A stretch of 63,153 nucleotides of DNA, filler included, from Phoronis australis (taxonomy: Eukaryota; Animalia; Phoronida), in NCBI GenBank assembly GCA_002633005.1. It is 5 parts of 5 records of this genome, joined end to end, with 100 filler letters (N's around TTAATTAATTAA, not from the genome) between each part and the next. Parts side by side here need not be neighbours in the genome. Positions count along the whole stretch, not along the records: positions 1 to 26,773 come from NMRA01001149.1; 4 more parts are not named here. One strand, 5' to 3'. Below, one piece after another: positions 1 through 12,513 of the stretch. Under the pieces are notes generated by a model. It had not been told where the DNA came from and made no database searches. It was given only the letters and a program-made list of their open reading frames with translations. Position 1 is the stretch's first letter. Each line of letters starts with the position of its first letter. The translations under genes were made by a program, and so were the position numbers.

Positions 1-358
1 AGTTTGAAAACATTTGGAGTTGTGTTGAACAAGTTTAATTTGGACTCAAGTTTGTCTGAACTAACTGTTAGTTAAAGTTTGTTTCGTGAAGTTTTTGACT
101 AAAATACAGCAGAATGATTGTCCTTAATAAATATTGTAACTAATATGTCTTTGAAGTAATGAGATGTTTTGACTGGAATTTTGGAACTTTGGTGCACTCA
201 AGAATGATGACTGTTAAAAATAGTCTTGCTTAAGTTACTGGTGACTGTTTATCACGTTGAAAAAAATTGGAATGAAATTAAGTCCTGCACTGTCTTCATT
301 CCTCCAGCTGAAAACCTTGATCAGTTAGGCCACAGTGTTTGACACTATTTATGATCAG

Positions 359-530
359 TGAGCTTGGTAGTTCTAATACCTATATCCAACATCACAGCCC
401 TGGTGGTGTGAAAAGGCAGGATAGTGTTCTGTTGAGTTGTAATAAAAGATTTATTTATCCAGAAATTATCCCGAAAGAGGAACTGATGAAGATAATAAAA
501 GATCCTGAATTTAAGAAGGTGTTTGAAAAA
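359..530 (+). CDS. Extracellular exon of CD34/podocalyxin-like type I membrane protein (5' boundary uncertain)
   Basis: Open frame ELGSSNTYIQHH...SCNKRFIYPE...FKKVFEK ends at a phase-0 donor AAA|GTGAGT (531), matching the phase-0 start of the next exon at 1204. The acceptor is most likely GATCAG at 358; AGs at 324, 328 and 335 are alternatives. Confidence 0.65.
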
Positions 531-1203
531 GTGAGTTATTTACGTTACATGGTGATGGTAATCTTTCATACGCACGAAATTCTTAAAGTTAACAAATTAT
601 AAATCCTCAGCAGGAGTCAGTCTGCTATGTTGGGCGAAATTCACGAGTTCCAGAGGTTCTGTATCTACATTTTCTTGCGTTATTTCCGGATACATACATA
701 TTTAGTTAGGCGCATCTTTTTGTGAAATTGCCAATATCCAGAATTGGTCTCTTTGCATGAAACACCCTCTAGGATGTCATCTGACGCTGCTGAAGGGCTA
801 GCAATTGAATTTTCGTTTGGCACTCGAAAGTGTTCAAATTAAGCCAACTTTAAGACGTCCCGTCTCTTTTTTAAGTTAAATCTCCTCACAGGCAACACTT
901 ACTATAAAATTATTGTAGCTCAGCTAGGTCCTTTGTTCCTTAAACATGTCAATGTGTAAATGATCCTTCAGTTTAGAATTTCCTCGTATGTTTTTCGACA
1001 CAAGTAAAGAATAAAAGAAAGGCTTCATTGTCACCAAGATTTGTAGTCGGTAGCTGTCACCCTAAAACAGGTGCTGACAGATTGTATTGATGTAGTTTGA
1101 AAATAATATGTGCTCCTCCTGGACTGTCTTATTGCGCAGATGTCCTGTGTAGTAAATCAGATGACTCTTAAGCCCGGGTCCATGTTCCTGCTTTTATCTA
1201 TAG

Positions 1204-1428
1204 GAAGGTTATGAGTTGGTGTCATATGGCCCTGATCCCGGAGTGGGTAAACCGACACCTGATGCGACCACTGGTGATGACGATGAGACGGTATTTGAGG
1301 CACACATGGGTCTGTGGATCGCAATGATGGTTATAGCTGCCATCTGTATCATCATCATTATCCTCGGCATAATCTACATGTGCTGTTGTCAGCAACGATA
1401 TGGTTTCTGGACACCCCGCAAAGGAAAG
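1204..1428 (+). CDS. Stalk and transmembrane exon of CD34/podocalyxin-like protein
   Basis: Acceptor ttttatctatag|GAA and donor AAG|GTAACT. Translation EGYELVSYGPDPG...GLWIAMMVIAAICIIIIILGIIYM-CCCQQRYGFWTPRKGK gives one hydrophobic TM helix followed by a Cys cluster and basic residues. Confidence 0.85.
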
Positions 1429-1930
1429 GTAACTGGCAATTAGTCGTTCAGGTTATGTAAGACCCAAGAAAAATGTCCCAAGTTTGTCTTACATCGTACC
1501 TCAGACGTAGCTGGTTGGGTTCAAATAAAACTCTCAGGTGCTGTATTTTATGCACTGTTTTACAAAATGCTTTTGGGGACTGTTTTTGAAATAATTCACT
1601 TTTGCTCGAGGAGTAAACAAATAGGACATGCATGATTTTTATGAAGAAACTCGTCTTTTGCAAAATGAAAACGAAACAATTTAGAAAAGTGCAACTGCTT
1701 TTTTGAGATTTTATCTTGAACATTTATGTTGCACGAAATTTGTTCATTTTATTGGCGCTCGTTTTGCTGTGAATGAACCTTTCCTTTTACAATTTTTTTC
1801 AATAATGCGTGGTCACACGACCTAATTAGTGGCAGATAAGTATGAAGTCAAAAACCTAAATTCTGCAAATTTTCTTCTTTTAGAAAATATGTCCATTTTC
1901 TGAGTTACGTTCTGTATTATTGTTGATATA

Positions 1931-2536
1931 TGGTCAAGTGCAGTCTTGTCAATATGGCCTTACATGACCTCAATGTACCTCTTGATCAACAATGCTTGTA
2001 ACGTTTGTCTGGCTTGATGAATTGCTACATTCTGGTATTTAACTAACCCCAGACATGTCACTAAGGACTAATTTTTTAATAGACATCATTGGCAACGGGA
2101 CTGCGATCGACTTGTCTAACAACCGTGAACAGAACACACAAAATGAAAGCCAATAACAGATAATCCTTTAGTTACCTTTCTGGATCCTTAGGAAACCTAA
2201 AAAATGACACGTCTGGGGTTTTCGTGGATGAATTCAAGCAATTTATCGCAATGCAAAATGCGTCTTTCCCCATTGTTTTGGCGCTTCCTGGTTGACAGTT
2301 GCTTAGTCACCACTTGGCGGCGCTAGTAGTAGCGGTTACAGCGAACTCACAAGTGAACTCTCCTTTTCTACTACACTCCTTGGTCAAATGCACAGACTTG
2401 TCAACATGGCCATACATAACTTCAGTGTACCTATTGATCAGCAATGCCTGTAACGTTTGTCTGGCTTGATGAATTGCTACATTCTGTTATTTAACTAAAC
2501 CCCAGACATGTCGCTAAGGACTAATTTTTTAATAGA
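1931..2536. repeat. Intronic ~155-bp direct duplication (1931-2083 and 2381-2536) overlapping a small TIR element (2045-2220)
   Basis: Near-identical copies of tggtcaa...gtaacgtttgtctggcttgatgaattgctacattctg...ctaaggactaattttttaataga. The sequence aaccccagacatgtcactaagga (2045) is mirrored by tccttag...tgacacgtctggggtt (to 2220). Confidence 0.75.
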
Positions 2537-3511
2537 TCTCTTGAAATGTTGATTGTTAAACAAAAAACAGACTATGTATTATTAAACTCCTTGGTAACTC
2601 TGAAACAATATATTATTTAGAAATTAAGCCTAAAGATAAATAACATGGCCATATATTTTAGAACATTGTAGTTTTTCACTTGGATGTAAAAATTTTACCG
2701 AACGCAACAACTTCCAGTTTCCCAAATTTTTTGAAAGTTCTTGTTTTTTACAATTCTCAGGCTAAATGCAGTGATGGAAAATACCGGGTATATGTTTTTG
2801 TAGCTGTTACTGAACAATGAAGCAGAATTTGGATTTTTGATAATGATTCGCCTCTGCAGTACTTTTTATGATCTCTAGGAAACTTAATGACTATTTTGAA
2901 AGATACTCAGGCACATAACTGTAGACAAATTCATATAATTTTTTCCCAAAGCATTTATGTGATACACAATTATTTTAACAGAATACTGTTGAAAGTCACT
3001 AACATGGGTCTTGCATTTTGAGAACCAGTTTTCTCCACTGAATAACAGACGTCAAACTAGTTCTCAAAATCCGAGATGCCTGTAGGGACTTTTCATGTTT
3101 CACTTGTTAAGACTGTGATAGAATATAATTTAAAAATTTTTATCCTCGTTGCAAAGGTAGCATTTTCTCTAATTACCGGTGATTTCTGATCTTGGTAAGA
3201 ACTGAGAATGGGTTATTCCTAGTTATGCACTGAACATGATCCCAAGTAATAATGATCTGTCTTTTATAATTATTTCCACAAATTGATTCTCATCTGAGAA
3301 ATGAACAAGTCGAGACCATTTTTGTAACGACTGGTGTAGTAAGTCAAAACTTGGTTTCTTTGTTCACCAAAAGGGGTTGATAGTTTTAATTAGGGAATAA
3401 TCAAAACTACTTCTTACTCCCGACATAGCAATTTCCTTGTCACAAACCAAACCTTGATTCTGTCTCGTGTTTTATATCTCTGCCTCCGCTCATTTTGTTC
3501 TGGTCTCATAG

Positions 3512-3659
3512 GGGCTAGTGAATGATCCTGAGAGGGGTGAGAACGGTCAGGGCAACCCTATTCCTGATGATGAAATTGTAAAAGATGAACAACCCATGCT
3601 AGAGAAGGAGGTGCCTAATGGCAATGGTGTGCCAATCACAAAGCTGGATGAAGAGAATG
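3512..3659 (+). CDS. Cytoplasmic exon of CD34/podocalyxin-like protein
   Basis: Acceptor tggtctcatag|GGG (phase 0) and donor AAT G|GTAGGT (phase 1). Translation GLVNDPERGENGQGNPIPDDEIVKDEQPMLEKEVPNGNGVPITKLDEEN. Not in the ORF track; supported by the paralogous exon at 24496-24640. Confidence 0.85.
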
Positions 3660-4091
3660 GTAGGTGGGACTTGTCAATCATCCAGAATTAGTTGCTTGAT
3701 TGACAGGCGTCGCCTTAATTTGTTTTGTCTTTCATGTGAAATGTCTTTTGGCATTGTTAGCAGATAAACTGATTCTTCCTGATTTCCCTGAATATGTATT
3801 AGTTTACTTACACAGTATGGTAGTGCTATTAAAGAAGAAGTTAGATTAGTGTGATTAACATTGCACTTCGAAGACTGATTCTCTGATGTTGGTTACTCTA
3901 GTCCATGCAACTGGTTTAAAAATGATCACCTTTTTATCGTATTTATTTACGATGGACACAGTGGGCGCACATGAACACTGCTGTCCATGGTGTTGTCAAG
4001 TGGTGTGGGCGTCATATCAACTTAGCACTTTTTAGAGCTTTTCTTTGGTAAATGATTCCGTTAGTTAATCTTATCGATGTAACGTTTGCAG

Positions 4092-4165
4092 GGTGGGTGG
4101 TGCCTATCGATGAGTTGTCGCCCGAAGAGAAGGAGAAACCAGAAGTGGAGGACACGAGACTGTAA
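4092..4165 (+). CDS. Terminal coding exon of CD34/podocalyxin-like protein, ending in class I PDZ-type motif DTRL
   Basis: Acceptor tttgcag|GG (phase 1, compatible). Translation GWVVPIDELSPEEKEKPEVEDTRL* resembles the podocalyxin tail as I recall it (DSWIVPLDNL...EEDTHL). Confidence 0.85.
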
Positions 4166-7100
4166 CTATGGTGACAAATTTGTGTCTTTGTGAATTTTGT
4201 TACGAGTTTGCAAGTCATGTGAACACGATTTTGTAAAGTTATGTGTATATAATATGCATGTCTTTGTTGAGTGTGTCTAAGTTGGCCTCTTCGATAGAGG
4301 AACGTACTGTGAAATCTCATCAGATTAAGAGACAGGAAGGTAGACAAAGGAATTTTATATTCACATTTTCTCATAAATGGTAATAAACAGCAAAGTACTG
4401 ATTTGCCATTTTCAAGTTCTGTATTGTGGGTACTGTCAGGTACTGTTTTGAAAAGTTACGGCATTGATTGGAACTGGCAGCCATCTTTGTCCGAAATTTG
4501 TGAGATTTCACAGTATATTTGAATAATACAGCATCTGTATACAAATATGGAGCACCATGCTACTTTTGTATGTTGCAGTCATGTTGACTACTGTGTCAAA
4601 CATGTTACATGTATGACATAGGATAAAAATCACTATTAGACTTTTTAATGCTGGTGTTTGTTTTTTGATGGACTTCGTCTTGGGTTCATAACAAAAAGTA
4701 TAGTCGCATCTGTGAAACAAGAGGATGTGTTTTATGAAGTGTCCAGTCACCAGGCGCAGTGTGTCCTGTTTCTGTGGAGAACGTAGCAGGATACATGTCA
4801 CCATTTTTGTCATGTGATTTTAGGTCAACTTTAAACTCATTGTTATTTTGCAGATCTGCGTCACCGTTTTTGACATTTTCAATTCAAGGTGTTAAGTTTA
4901 CGCATAATATGTACATCCTCTGTGCCAAAGATCCTTTATTCGTTTTATCAAAGTGCAATTAAACAGATCTGCTACCAGAACGTGCCAAACATTGAAGTTG
5001 TGATTTTAATCCATAACGTCTCAAATGTATGATAATATTTACCATGCTATTTTTTGTTTTACTTGTTTGTCAACGAAATACGAGATTGTAGTTACCAGTC
5101 GTTGTGACCTGATAGTTTGTATTTTTAGGATATCTTGCAATAGGCATTTCTATTTAGTAGTCTGATGACCAATTGTTATTTTGTCTAACACATGCGCTAC
5201 CTATCTGTGGTGAAAACAGACCATCCACTGCTGCCCGTACTGGTTGTAGAAGTCTGTCAAAAATTTTTTCCACCATGCAGGTCTGTTCAGTTTACACAAT
5301 TTAATGTTTCACATTTTAGCCCACATCTTGACAGACTACTGCCAAGTTTTTTCATTTCATACAGTTTCTTAACAATACGATGTGGCAGTTATTCTCATGT
5401 ATAGCACGCAATATGGCGGAGATGAGAAATTTTGTTTTAAAATACATAATATCTCGCAAGAAAGATTAATAATATTTTAGTCCATTGTTAATTTGGTGTG
5501 TAGTGTGTGGAAGTCATGTAACAGCATTTGGCAAGTTTCCATTGATTTTATGCAAGAAAGACAAATGTCAATTTTGGCAATTATTTTTGTGCGAAATAAT
5601 GGAAGAATTACTTTAACTCTGAAAAAGGGAAAATGGTAATTATTTGGTGTGAAACACCGTCTCGTTTTTCACTAGTCCATCCACGTGGCAATAATTTAGG
5701 CAAATATGTCACACTCAACTGTAATTAGTTTTAGCGTTGTAAACATGTTATTAATTATTAGTTTTGTAGCTGCTAAGGGCAATTATTGTTCTTTGTAATT
5801 ATAACTGTTTTGTACATTTCAATTATTTCAACGTTTAGCAGCGTAAGATATTTGCTGGCAGTGGTGTCAGAGATGTCATGTGTTACATAGGGTTTTTGCT
5901 AGCTTTTCAATTGTTGATGTAAGATGTTATGAACAGTTACCGTTTGCTTCAGGAGAGGTATAAAATGCTGACAGTTGATTTTATGTGTGTCATGGGATGA
6001 CTTGTTTTACTGTTGCAAGCACCATCCCTTCAGGTCACATTACAAATAGCCCTCATTTAGTTTCAATTCCTAGCGACAACGGTTTCCAAGTGCAGATCTC
6101 TGTCCATTGTCACGTATGACTCGCATGACAATTACATATCATGGTGATTGCCTAGCAATTAAAATTTTTTTCAACAAACCGCATTCAGTTTACATCATTT
6201 TGGCTAGGTTTTACTGTATTTCTACCTAGGAAAATGACCCTAAATTAGCTTTTCTGCAGTAGTCCCGTTTCAGAACCCAAACAGGGTGCGATATTGTAGT
6301 TTATCTTAGTCACCATTTTATTTCTGTGCAGTCCACGCCAGTGCAGTAATTTCCCTGCTCCACCCAAAGGGGACTTAGATCAGTGCTCATGATAAAGAGA
6401 ATTGATAACAGAGGTTCTTGTACAAATCTGTTGACGAAGTTCAAGGTGCCATCAAACAGCAGGGTTTCTGATGGGGTTGGCACATCAAAACTCGTGCTCA
6501 TCAGTGGCTATCCCAGGCTGGCGCGATTCTTACAACGTAATACCATTTTATTTGTATGTTATTGATCGGTTTCGATACCCTTTTATCCCCTATCACAGCC
6601 CAATGGACCACTTGCAGGCTTCTTAAACTTACTACCGGAGGGACAAAATCACCATTTTGTTGCCTAACCTTGCATAAGGTACCTTTGGCTTTGCACCTAG
6701 AAGCCAGCATGAGGTCTAACAATCCTTAGGCGGATGTAGAGTAGCAGGTTAGCACCATGCAGTCAGTGAAGTTGATTTAGGTGCTTTTCATCACGCAAAT
6801 AGTGTGTGGTTTATCTGTCACTCTTCTAAGAGTTACACATGCTCAGTTGAGCTATACTTCCGTCCCCTGGTGGCCGTGAGGTAGTAAAGCACACTGAAGA
6901 TCGTTAATCGATGGCATAAAACCGCCACATGTTGACTGCACCCTTGGCGGACTATTGAGTGAAACGAGTAGCGTGGTAGGACAGAGATAAGTGACGGGAA
7001 ACGATCCCTTATTGTAAGCGTGACGTTCATGGATCCCTCGCTATTGTAGGCACCTTTCTTCACCCTTCATTTGTCGGTATAGTGCTGCCCTGTCGCTCGT

Positions 7101-7560
7101 TAGTGTAAAGGCACCGGTTCCGTCCATCCAGGATTGAGTGGCTGCCGTTTTAATGTCTCAACTTCAAGAAACAGAAAAACTAAACCGTACTTCAAGTAAA
7201 ACGTACGGGGGTAGGATGCAAGTGGGCCTAAGAGATTAATCTGTGTAAATGGAAGTCTGACCTATCCGAGGGGACGAGAACTTCGTCTTGGGTTATATGA
7301 GAGTGCAACTTCCACGAATTTTACTGTATGATGGTTACACAAAGGGATGGGCGGTATAAACAGTTTTCGTAAGATTTCGGCCATCTGTAAGTTCAAACAT
7401 GACCGAGTTGTGTTAGAAATTGTTATTTTCTACTTATTTGCTGGTGACGCTTGTTAAACATATCATAAACTGCATATCAGTGTGTTTGTAGCCTTCTGGT
7501 TTATTGGCAGTGTTGTGGTGCCCAATCGAAACTCATAATAAAGATTTGAACACTGAATCA
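4166..7560 (+). other. Probable long 3'UTR of the podocalyxin-like gene
   Basis: T-rich non-coding tract after the stop, with AATAAA at ~4382 and 7537-7542. Blocks out to ~5870 are shared with the inverted paralog. The true 3' end is not determinable. Confidence 0.4.
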
Positions 7561-8496
7561 AGAGTCGTACTATTTGAACACCAGATGGTCACGTGCTAGT
7601 AACGCCAGCATATCCACCAAGACTCACTAAACTGAGGCCCCTCAGTTTCGTTTTAACTAAAATTATATGTTAATAAAACACAAAAAGGGTTCCAGGGTAT
7701 CAGTGCAACGGGCCCACATTCGCGGCTAGAATTCCCTGGCACTTGAAAAACTTTCTTGTTCGAAGTGGCGACTGTAGTGACCGATGTTCGTGAGATGTTG
7801 CCGTACTCGACTATGCGCATCTGTTCTAGATTCTGGAACTGATGAACTTGCCAATCAATACGACAGCACTTACAGCCGATATTTTGGTTAAACAAAACAG
7901 GTCTTCCCAAATCTAGTCTAATTTTTTACCTAACTTGCATTTCACCAAGGTGGTTTAAAAATCTGAAATCCTGATTTCGATGAGACCAGGGAGCGGGTTC
8001 AGTAAAACCAGAAAACGGGTGCCGAATCAAGTCGACCTAAGCAGCAGACTTGGGAGAGATATTGACCCAGACTGGCTTCACACGGTTGCCAGAATCAGAG
8101 AAATTGCTAGAAAGAAAAATCATCAGTGAAAAAATGCAAAGAAAAACGTCGAGGGACCCAGTGGCAAAATATAGGATATCATGAGGGGACATTTTTCGTT
8201 TTGTAATGTCTGTGTCCAACACACGTACACACATTAAAGTACATGCTTACGATAAACATGATCAATGCCCAAATATATTTCCGTGTCATTTTAGTATTTT
8301 TTCCTGCCAAAGGGGGGGTGGCAGGACCCTTGCCCGGCAGCCTCAACTTGGGACCAATGGAGGTGTAACTCAGAAGAATCAGAAGATGCCGTCTTCAGTC
8401 AAACCCGTAGCGCTAGTACGACGATGACGCCTTGCTCAATCAGTCGTAGGCTGAGGAACCGAAGGACACCCTGCAACACGTACTGGTCTACGCATA

Positions 8497-8640
8497 GACG
8501 GATCCAGGCTGTCAAGGGGTCCGGATCCTCCTTTTCCCCTTGATTCCAATGATATCAAATCTATAATTTCAAATTGTTGTCTTGGACCCCCCGATTGATC
8601 TGACCCCCTCCTCCTCCTTTAAGAATCCCGGATCCGCCCC
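8497..8640. mobile_element. Short MITE with GC-rich inverted termini
   Basis: gacggatccagg...ccggatccgcccc are inverted ends, with internal ggatcc/ggaccc motifs. A partial related end caggagcggatccagg lies at ~39970. Confidence 0.45.
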
Positions 8641-8779
8641 AGTTACGTGATCTTATGTCGTTGTAAAACTCATTGAACATTGAAAATACTTCGTTCTTGG
8701 TCTAACACTGCGTCGTAATTGCACACCGAGGCATCATTCAGTTGCACCTATATCGTGCAAGTCTGTCATAGTTAACAGT

Positions 8780-9025
8780 ATTAAACCCGGGTCTGACCAA
8801 GTCCCAAGTTAAACCTGGTTTAAGGTTTTAATACAGGTGTAAGGAATATAGACCTCGTTGGTGAAACGAAAACTGACTTAGACTAGGTCTAAACTGGAGT
8901 TAAACCAGGTTTTACTAGACCGCTGGTCTAAAAGTTAAACCACCTTTATGAAATGCAGACTATCTTTAAACCTGGTCTAAGTCCAGTTTAACCAGGTTAA
9001 ACTTTAAACACCTTGATGAAATCGG
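8780..9025. repeat. Array of short palindromes (TTAAACC-W-GGTTTAA variants), probably MITE-derived
   Basis: ttaaacctggtttaa, ttagactaggtctaa, ttaaaccaggtttta, ttaaacctggtctaa and ttaaccaggttaa all fall within ~250 bp. The motif acacct(t)(t/g)atgaaat occurs twice. Confidence 0.6.
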
Positions 9026-9689
9026 CTGTTCTGTTTCAAACTTGCAATAGTTTGGAACAGTTCAGTTGAGAATTGTTGTACGGTGGTAAGCCTGACACAC
9101 CGAATGTGCAAACAATTAAAATAAAAAATCCATTTTGTAAATTCAATGCTATTTAATCAATTCAATCCTGTAAAATAATAATTATTATAATAACAACCAA
9201 TCTCATTGTACAAGTTCAACCCTGTTTTATTCTACGAAATTATTTATTTGCTGTTTTACCAAACTTATCAAACTGGTTAAAGCTCACAATCATAAAGTTA
9301 TACACGTTTTGAAATCTATGTTGATTATTCTCATTTTAGTCAGCATGACTATAGTTTTTGACTCTAAAAGGTGAAAGTAGAACACACACCGAAGAACTAA
9401 TATGTTTCAGCTTACCTTGGTTTATTACGTTGTAAGTTACCGTGGCTTTATTTATCAAAAAATAGTCCCGTCTCACTTTTAATCAACAACTTTCCGCGTG
9501 GCTGATCAGGTTCGAAAAAAGCGTGTTCGCCTCTTCAACAAAGATTACTAATTATTTCTTTCCAAAACTAGATACGTCATTTCTTATACCAAATCTCACC
9601 AAAGACATTGCTAAGTAAAAATAATTACGATGGACTATGGAATAGGCGTTTTGAGACAAGATATTCAACCACGAAAAGTCATTCGCAAG

Positions 9690-10600
9690 TTATGATCATC
9701 TTGCCAAACCAACAAAGTTATAGTGAATGAGTATGCATCACCTTGCAACCTCCAAAACCAAAGTTTTGAACAAAAGTGTTTTGACATATTTATCAATTTT
9801 CCCATCCTAAACAAAATTATAAAGCAGTTTTTTCAAACCTTTTAAGCGTGTCGTGGGGACGGTAACGCAATAAACAGGTGAACAAATTTAAAGAGATACT
9901 AAACAAAATGACGTAATCATTGTGGAGTTACAACCCTTTTGGACCATGAACTGAGACTGTCTTGAATGTATTTGATGTTGTCTTCAAAAGTAAAGGTGAT
10001 CATTTCAGGCAACTTAGTATTAATTTAATACCTAGTGCAGTCATTTTTTCTCCAACGCGATTTCTTACAGGCATAGTTTAGTATGGCCCCAGTCCGTATA
10101 CACTCCGTTGACGTGTTGTGTTTCTAAGCCAGATTAAAGGATTCTGTCGAAGAATTATTGGAACTATCAACAGCTAAGCACGGGTCAGCTTCATATCGCA
10201 TAATTTTATGAGATCTATTCCCAATACCAATACCAATGATTTCCCTATTCTGACGCACCATCATTGTCATAATCTCTGCACATAAAATAAAGAGATAATG
10301 CGAGATCGGGTCACCCTGTCAGCACCCACGACCAATTTCAAGGTAGTCTGAAGGGAAATTGTGTTGAATAACAGAGACGCGAGAGCCTCTGTTTAAAAGA
10401 CGAACCGAGTCATCTACATTTTCACTACAGTTGAAATATGTGTTTGGTGTCAGAAATTCTACGAAATGGAGACAAATGGTTTCTCAAAGTCGACTAGTAA
10501 AAGAAAATCGGGAATATTAGTTTCCTCTGTGTACTGCATCAAGTCATACGCTGTTAATGTTTCTCTTATTCTCATCGATGTGTCTCCTTTTAATAAGTTG
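9690..10600 (-). mobile_element. Decayed L1/Tx1-clade LINE ORF2 (reverse transcriptase) fragment
   Basis: Minus-strand translations LLLVDFEKPFVSIS, PSDYLEIGRGC*QGDPISHYLFILCAEI and FYNFV*DGKIDK match L1/Tx1 RT motifs (DFEKAFD, GCRQGDPLSPYLF). Stops and frameshifts are present. Confidence 0.85.
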
Positions 10601-12513
10601 AATTGAAAACTGATTCGCGAGCCGTCACGTGCTCTGTATGCACGGAAATGGCAAACAAACAATTCTCTTTTGCCGGGATAACGAAAACGTTTTTACGCAA
10701 TGCTATTGGAAACTAAAAAAATCCAAAAAATTAATGTGCAATGACATTAATTTTCCAAAATTAATGATGAACGCGTTGAATTTGATTTAAATGCGTTATT
10801 CCTTTTTGACCTCTGGTTTTTGAATTTAAACTAGTAGTTGTGTGTTTGAGTACATTTTTGAAGACCGACTTCCAAACTTATTAACGTTAACGTGTTTTCT
10901 GACTCGTTCCGAGAGTAACTTTTACGTTTACGGCTGAACTAATTTGAAATCCAGAAATAACGGAAATCTTTGTGTTTATAATTGCCAGTATATGTACGCG
11001 TATTATGTACATGCATGCTGTACACGATCATCACAAAAATCGTACCACCGACAATATGTTCGACATACGCGCGAGTTTCTTACTAACAACTCATAGTAAC
11101 CGTCGATGTTCGACATATCATGGTGTTATGAAATCCTGTTGTATTTTTCAATAGAGTCTTTTTGACCAAATGCCTTTGTGCTCTTCTGCTTTGCACGAAT
11201 TTTTGTAGTCCTTGTTTTTAGATGAATTTGGAATCTCATCTTCTCTCGTAAACAGTTTTTGTCGCATTGATAGAGGGCAAAGCGGCAGAGCCCCGGTCCT
11301 TGCCTTCGAAAGAGGACGACTTAAAATGTGAAAGGCTAAACTTACTTCTTTAAAAATAGAAAATAAAGAAAGTTAATTCCACTATTGTGTGACCCTCCAA
11401 GAAGTTACCTTAAGATAAAAGGTTGCCTCACGATTTCACAAGAAAAAACAAAAAAATGAAGGCAATTGTTTCCATCATTGGTCCCTACCCCCGTGAGCGG
11501 CTCTAGATGATACCACTAAAACGCACAAATTTGATTGCCATCAATGAGCCCACTTCAAGGGCTAGGCCCTGCATAAAAATAAAAGGAACTATACTTTCAA
11601 AAACCCTGAAAAGAATTCTTTGCCACTTGTCAGAGAGGTGTGGTTACTGACATATATAGGCCTAGTTTTGAATTCCACTGAGTATAATCGTCTTTTTGAG
11701 TTTAAAAATCCAGTGAATAAATATATTCCGCAAAAGATGTGCTTTACTTTCCACCGGCAAATAGAGTTATGATCAAGTGCGTACAGACGATCTCAGCAAA
11801 CTGCAATCGGTACACCTATGAGAAGCGCTGCCGGGTAGTTGACAAAAAGTGTTCTTTTGAATTTTCTTTCTTCTCCACGTTTCGCTGTAGCTTTTTAGTC
11901 GACAGCTGCCAACCTCGACGGTGAACCCCAAACCTTCAAAATTATTGGTCGTCGTCAACCTACGATCCTGCTCAAATATACATCAGACAGGCCCAAGTTT
12001 CATTGTCACTGTATGAAGAGCACCGCCAACGTACTTTGGAAAGTTACCGCTTGATGGCGCAGTTTTCAACACATGACCATTTTTCTTGGAAGAGAAGCCG
12101 AGAGGGCGGCGACCGTGGAAGGATGTTGGAGTTTATTGAGAAATAACCTACTAGTTTTGACGATTACTCTCAGTTTTTGTGTTCCGGAGTTGGGGTAAGG
12201 TGGATTTCAGCAATTTATAGCCATACTTTTTTAATGTTTTTGTTTCTTTATGTATTATGTGACCAATGATATTTTGATTGGTGGATGTCTCGCATGATTT
12301 CTTCGAAAAAACTTTTAAACGTAGCCTACATTTAGTCGTGAAAACATATTGTCGTTGGATATTTGACTGAGTCGAGTGAAGCAATAATGTAGTTTACCTG
12401 CAACGTGATAAAAGTGCGTCGTTTTCGACATCTAATCGTTCAAGGAGTAATCCTTGATCCTTGAGCGGATTTAATAAATCTCGTGAACACTCAAGTATGA
12501 TACACATAGGGTA

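Noticed and set aside
8780-9025. CRISPR-like repeat-spacer array
   Set aside because: Repeats are variable, spacers irregular, there are no cas genes, and the context is eukaryotic.
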